Of a stretch of 18,270 nucleotides of DNA, positions 15,608-18,270 are shown one piece after another (within the stretch, counting starts at the first letter, position 1; each line of letters begins with the position of its first letter). The notes below the pieces were generated by a model. The model worked only from the letters and a program-made list of their open reading frames with translations. It searched no databases and was not told where the DNA came from. The stretch is taken from positions 1-18,270 of IMG/VR virus record IMGVR_UViG_3300031857_000071; one strand, 5' to 3'. Position numbers and translations under genes: made by a program. This stretch comes from a virus (taxonomy: Duplodnaviria > Heunggongvirae > Uroviricota > Caudoviricetes).

Positions 15608-17676
15608 TATTGTACACTAACATTTACTGTGATTGCTTCGGGGTCAAAATCGTCAACTGCTACAATTTTATTATATGTTGATGATATAATCGTGGAATCT
15701 GGAACGACAGAAATTGTAAACTGACCTAACGCATTGTTCACTTCAAGTGGTGCAAAATCTGTGAGTGTTACTTTACCAGTTAAATAATCAATTGTTCCTG
15801 CATCTGCATTCAAGATTGTTTTGACGTTGTTGAGATAAAAATAAGACCTAATAATACCTTGTGAACCTTGCAAAACTGGTGCGGCATATGCTAATGCACC
15901 AGATGTATCACCATCTTGTGGAGTAATTGTCACAAACGCTTCTGTGTAATTGTAACCAGGATTTGTTACAACAATACTATTAACACGACCAGCAACAAGA
16001 ACTGCATAAGCAGCCGCATCTAGTCCATCACCAGAAATAGTTACTGTCGGCACTTTGGTGTAACCGAAACCTTGATTCACAACGTTAATTGTTGCGACAC
16101 CACCAGTTGTTGTTGGAACTTCTTCAAAATATACTCCTCGTCTAACACCAGAAATGGCACTAGCATCTGCTTGCGAGAAGTCTGGTGAAGATGTTAGACC
16201 CGCATTGAAGTAATTTCTTTTGAGTGCAACACCAAAATCCAGAATGTAAGTTGTTCTTGAATTCAATCTCGGATAGAATTTTTTCTGTAATTTTACGGTT
16301 GATTCATTTGTAATGATTGATGTATCTGCCGTTTGTATGCTAGAAATTAACTCTGGTAATTTAAACACAGAGTTAAATGTGTTCAGTGTTGTTGAAGAAA
16401 ACGTATTGATTGCGGAAACGACAGCACTTTGAATTTGATTACCGGTCAGTGTGGTCTTCTTTGGATCATACAAAACTTTTGTATTTATTTTTACAAATGT
16501 ATAATCCGCATCAACAACAGTTGGCACAACAGTCAAAACTGAAATTGGTTTAATAACTTCAGATATAAGTTTTTCTTTTTGTGTTGGTGTCAATGTGTAT
16601 CCACCAGAAGGCTTAACTGCACAGAAGATTTGCCCATAAACTGGTGGATTATTTTCCTCTCCACCCCATACTGATACAGAATCAATTGGTAAATTGGTAG
16701 AATTATTCTGGATTAGATAGATGTAATCGTCTTTTGTCACAGCACGACCTTGTGCGGCATAAGCCTTAGGTGCTGTAAATTTAATGGAATCTATTGTTTC
16801 TTTATTAGAACCTTGTGTCGCAGATGTAACAGAATTTACTACTGTGTTAGAAAAACCACCGATGCTAGTCATGGCGGTAAAAGAGTTTGCACCAAAGGCC
16901 GAGGTACCTGATGTTGTAATGTATGTTAGATTAACGATGTTTCCGTTTATGAGAGATTTTCCTAATAGTCCGTCACCAAAATAAATCTTATATTTTCCAT
17001 TCATTCCTTCTTCTAAGAAATATACTGTGCTTGATGGTGTTAAATCAATATAATTTGTGGAAAGATTGTATGTTACTGATGCTGTATTAGAAGATGATTC
17101 TTGTACTGAAACGATTAGTGTTGAAGTGTCGATTGCTGAATCTGGTATTTCAAATAGTTGTTTTGGATTACTTGTGTTATCATATGCATAACTGTATGAA
17201 GATGCTATACCCTGAGAAATAATAACGTCTATGAAGTTTGCGGTGTTCGATGTTACGTTTACTGTAGTTGAGTCTGTAGTAAGGAATGTATAGTTTACGG
17301 TATCAATTGCTTCGGAAATGAAAGAGGTGAACTTTGGTAATGTAAGTGTAGGTGTTGTTACGTTATTTACTGTGATATTTACTGTAGCCTTTGGTGCAAC
17401 TGCTGATTGTGGAATATAATTCAATAATTTTGCATGTGAAACAACTGAACTACGCTGAATTGCGGAGTCTAAGAACATTTCATTTGCAACCATGTTTAGG
17501 TAGTATGCATTGTATTGTGTATTGTATGCTAACAAGTCAACAAGAACAGAAAGTGCAGAGCCATCAAAGTTGTAATCTTTGAGTGTGTCTTGTTGCGATA
17601 GAAAAGACTTTAGACTTGCTTTGATACCACCAAAGTCAAGGTTTGTTATTTGTAGACCTGAATTAGCTGTTGCCAT
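15607..17676 (-). CDS. gp6: Baseplate wedge subunit gp6 (689 aa)
   Basis: Contains LDFGGIKASLKSFL...DYNFDGSALSVLVDLLAYNTQYNAYYLNMVANEMFLDSA and APKAYAAQGRAVTKDDY, characteristic of T4 gp6. Confidence 0.95.
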   Translation of the reverse strand: MATANSGLQITNLDFGGIKASLKSFLSQQDTLKDYNFDGSALSVLVDLLAYNTQYNAYYLNMVANEMFLDSAIQRSSVVSHAKLLNYIPQSAVAPKATVNITVNNVTTPTLTLPKFTSFISEAIDTVNYTFLTTDSTTVNVTSNTANFIDVIISQGIASSYSYAYDNTSNPKQLFEIPDSAIDTSTLIVSVQESSSNTASVTYNLSTNYIDLTPSSTVYFLEEGMNGKYKIYFGDGLLGKSLINGNIVNLTYITTSGTSAFGANSFTAMTSIGGFSNTVVNSVTSATQGSNKETIDSIKFTAPKAYAAQGRAVTKDDYIYLIQNNSTNLPIDSVSVWGGEENNPPVYGQIFCAVKPSGGYTLTPTQKEKLISEVIKPISVLTVVPTVVDADYTFVKINTKVLYDPKKTTLTGNQIQSAVVSAINTFSSTTLNTFNSVFKLPELISSIQTADTSIITNESTVKLQKKFYPRLNSRTTYILDFGVALKRNYFNAGLTSSPDFSQADASAISGVRRGVYFEEVPTTTGGVATINVVNQGFGYTKVPTVTISGDGLDAAAYAVLVAGRVNSIVVTNPGYNYTEAFVTITPQDGDTSGALAYAAPVLQGSQGIIRSYFYLNNVKTILNADAGTIDYLTGKVTLTDFAPLEVNNALGQFTISVVPDSTIISSTYNKIVAVDDFDPEAITVNVSVQ

Positions 17677-18071
17677 TATCGTGTTCTCTCAAGAATTAAA
17701 TTGATTGCTGTGGGTTGTACATTATTTCCAATAAAAAACTCTATTCCCACGCTATAAGAATTATTGTCCACTTGTTCCTGGATGGTAACCTGTGTCAATC
17801 TAACCCTAGGCTCATGGTTATTGATAGTAGTTTCTATCTCAGTTTTTAAATCTTGTGCTGTTAAAAAACTAATAGGTTCGAACAACATTTGTTCAATCCT
17901 GCTACCAATATTTGGTTGGAAAGGCCTCTCATAGTTTTTGGTCAACAAAAGGTAACGCACGGAACGAATGACCGCCATTTCATCATAACTCAAGGCGATA
18001 TCATTTCTACCAGGAGTCCTAGTAAAATTGAAATCTATATCTGAATATAATTTTTTAAGTGTTTGTACCAT
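17676..18071 (-). CDS. gp25: Baseplate wedge / sheath-initiator gp25 (GPW/gp25 family, 131 aa)
   Basis: Contains YSDIDFNF...AVIRSVRYLLLTKNYERPFQPNIGS...INNHEPRV, a GPW/gp25 signature. It is adjacent to gp6. Confidence 0.93.
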   Translation of the reverse strand: MVQTLKKLYSDIDFNFTRTPGRNDIALSYDEMAVIRSVRYLLLTKNYERPFQPNIGSRIEQMLFEPISFLTAQDLKTEIETTINNHEPRVRLTQVTIQEQVDNNSYSVGIEFFIGNNVQPTAINLILERTR

Positions 18072-18076
18072 TTTAT

Positions 18077-18083
18077 TATTTAT
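18077..18083 (-). promoter_or_regulatory. Candidate T4-type (gp55-dependent) late promoter ATAAATA
   Basis: The minus strand reads ...GATAAATAATAAAATG, an ATAAATA core 5 nt before the gp25 ATG. It sits in the only sizeable intergenic gap, at the head of a late structural operon. T4 late consensus is TATAAATA. Confidence 0.65.
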
Positions 18084-18122
18084 CGTAGGAGTAAAATGAC
18101 TTTTTCAAAACCAAGGACATGC

Positions 18123-18157
18123 TCGAAAAAAATCTAGGGCCGGAACGAAATTTTCGA
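18123..18157 (-). other. Intergenic stem-loop (possible terminator, processing site or cis element)
   Basis: The minus-strand RNA UCG-AAAAUUU-CGUUCCGGCCCU-AGAUUUU-UUU-CGA can pair as a 7-bp stem plus a 3-bp outer stem around a GC-rich 12-nt core. It begins 3 nt after the upstream gene's stop. Confidence 0.4.
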
Positions 18158-18160
18158 ATT

Positions 18161-18270
18161 TTAGGAAGTATTAGTGTTCGCAGTATTAGATGTAAGTTTT
18201 TGCTTATAACTGTCCGTACCTATGAGATTGTTAATGAGATATAGTTGTGTATTTCCAACATTTTCGAGGT
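18161..18270 (-). CDS. C-terminal fragment of an upstream hypothetical phage protein; absent from the ORF track
   Basis: An open frame runs from the right edge, ...LENVGNTQLYLINNLIGTDSYKQKLTSNTANTNTS*, with TAA at 18161-18163. It has the same strand and codon style as the operon. Confidence 0.7.
   Translation of the reverse strand, partial: LENVGNTQLYLINNLIGTDSYKQKLTSNTANTNTS

Larger units (their letters stand above)
1..18270 (-). other. T4-like myophage baseplate wedge / tail fibre structural module
   Basis: All real genes lie on the minus strand with gaps of 12 nt or less, or overlaps (TAATG at gp25/gp6 and gp6/gp7; ATGGCTAA at 2857-2864). Recognisable gp25, gp6, gp7 and gp8 motifs occur in an order typical of aquatic T4-like phages. 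All 8 visible stops are TAA. Confidence 0.95.

Noticed and set aside
2949-16490. Internal ATAAATA matches (2949-2955, 9844-9850, about 16483-16489) as extra late promoters
   Set aside because: They lie inside coding sequence, and a few such AT-only 7-mers are expected by chance in 18 kb of AT-rich DNA.
3292-17582. The many 60-135-aa nested or antisense ORFs in the track
   Set aside because: All overlap long, well-supported genes in other frames or on the other strand, and none shows recognisable motifs or a convincing ribosome-binding site.
17676-18071. Lysozyme activity for gp25
   Set aside because: That is a legacy database label. T4 gp25 is a structural sheath-initiation protein, and no catalytic motif is seen.
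18087-18137. Plus-strand AGGAG followed by a 13-aa ORF (MTFSKPRTCSKKI)
   Set aside because: It is very short, antisense to the operon, has a 4-nt SD spacer and no supporting promoter, so chance is the likelier explanation.
1-18270. Stop-codon reassignment, suggested by exclusive use of TAA stops
   Set aside because: The long ORFs are intact under the standard code and no gene is broken by TAG or TGA. TAA bias is normal in AT-rich phages.

Overview
The window is one compact minus-strand operon: the baseplate-wedge and fibre module of a T4-like myovirus with the layout typical of aquatic, cyanophage-like T4 relatives. Gene order in the direction of transcription is: 3' end of an unknown gene, gp25, gp6, gp7-like, a 533-aa fibre-like protein, gp8, a 2186-aa VrlC/DUF4815-like structural protein, a 75-aa coiled-coil protein, and a tail-fibre gene of at least 954 aa. 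The ORF track missed that last gene because it runs off the left edge without a stop. The plus-strand ORFs listed there, including the 544-aa one, are its antisense shadows. The most interesting signals are: (1) a hierarchical 125-aa (38+38+38+11) repeat shaft in that fibre, conserved in protein but heavily diverged at synonymous sites, with exact recombination-like patches at its distal end; (2) a Trp/acid-rich insertion in one of two copies of a repeated VrlC module; (3) a similar GxGY beta-module inserted in gp6, gp7, gp8 and VrlC; (4) a hendecad segment shared by both fibre genes; (5) a structured intergenic element plus a near-leaderless late promoter before gp25. I found no tRNA, rRNA, CRISPR array, mobile element or enzyme system, and I cannot support a wholly new biological system. 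Family assignments come from motif recognition, not database searches.
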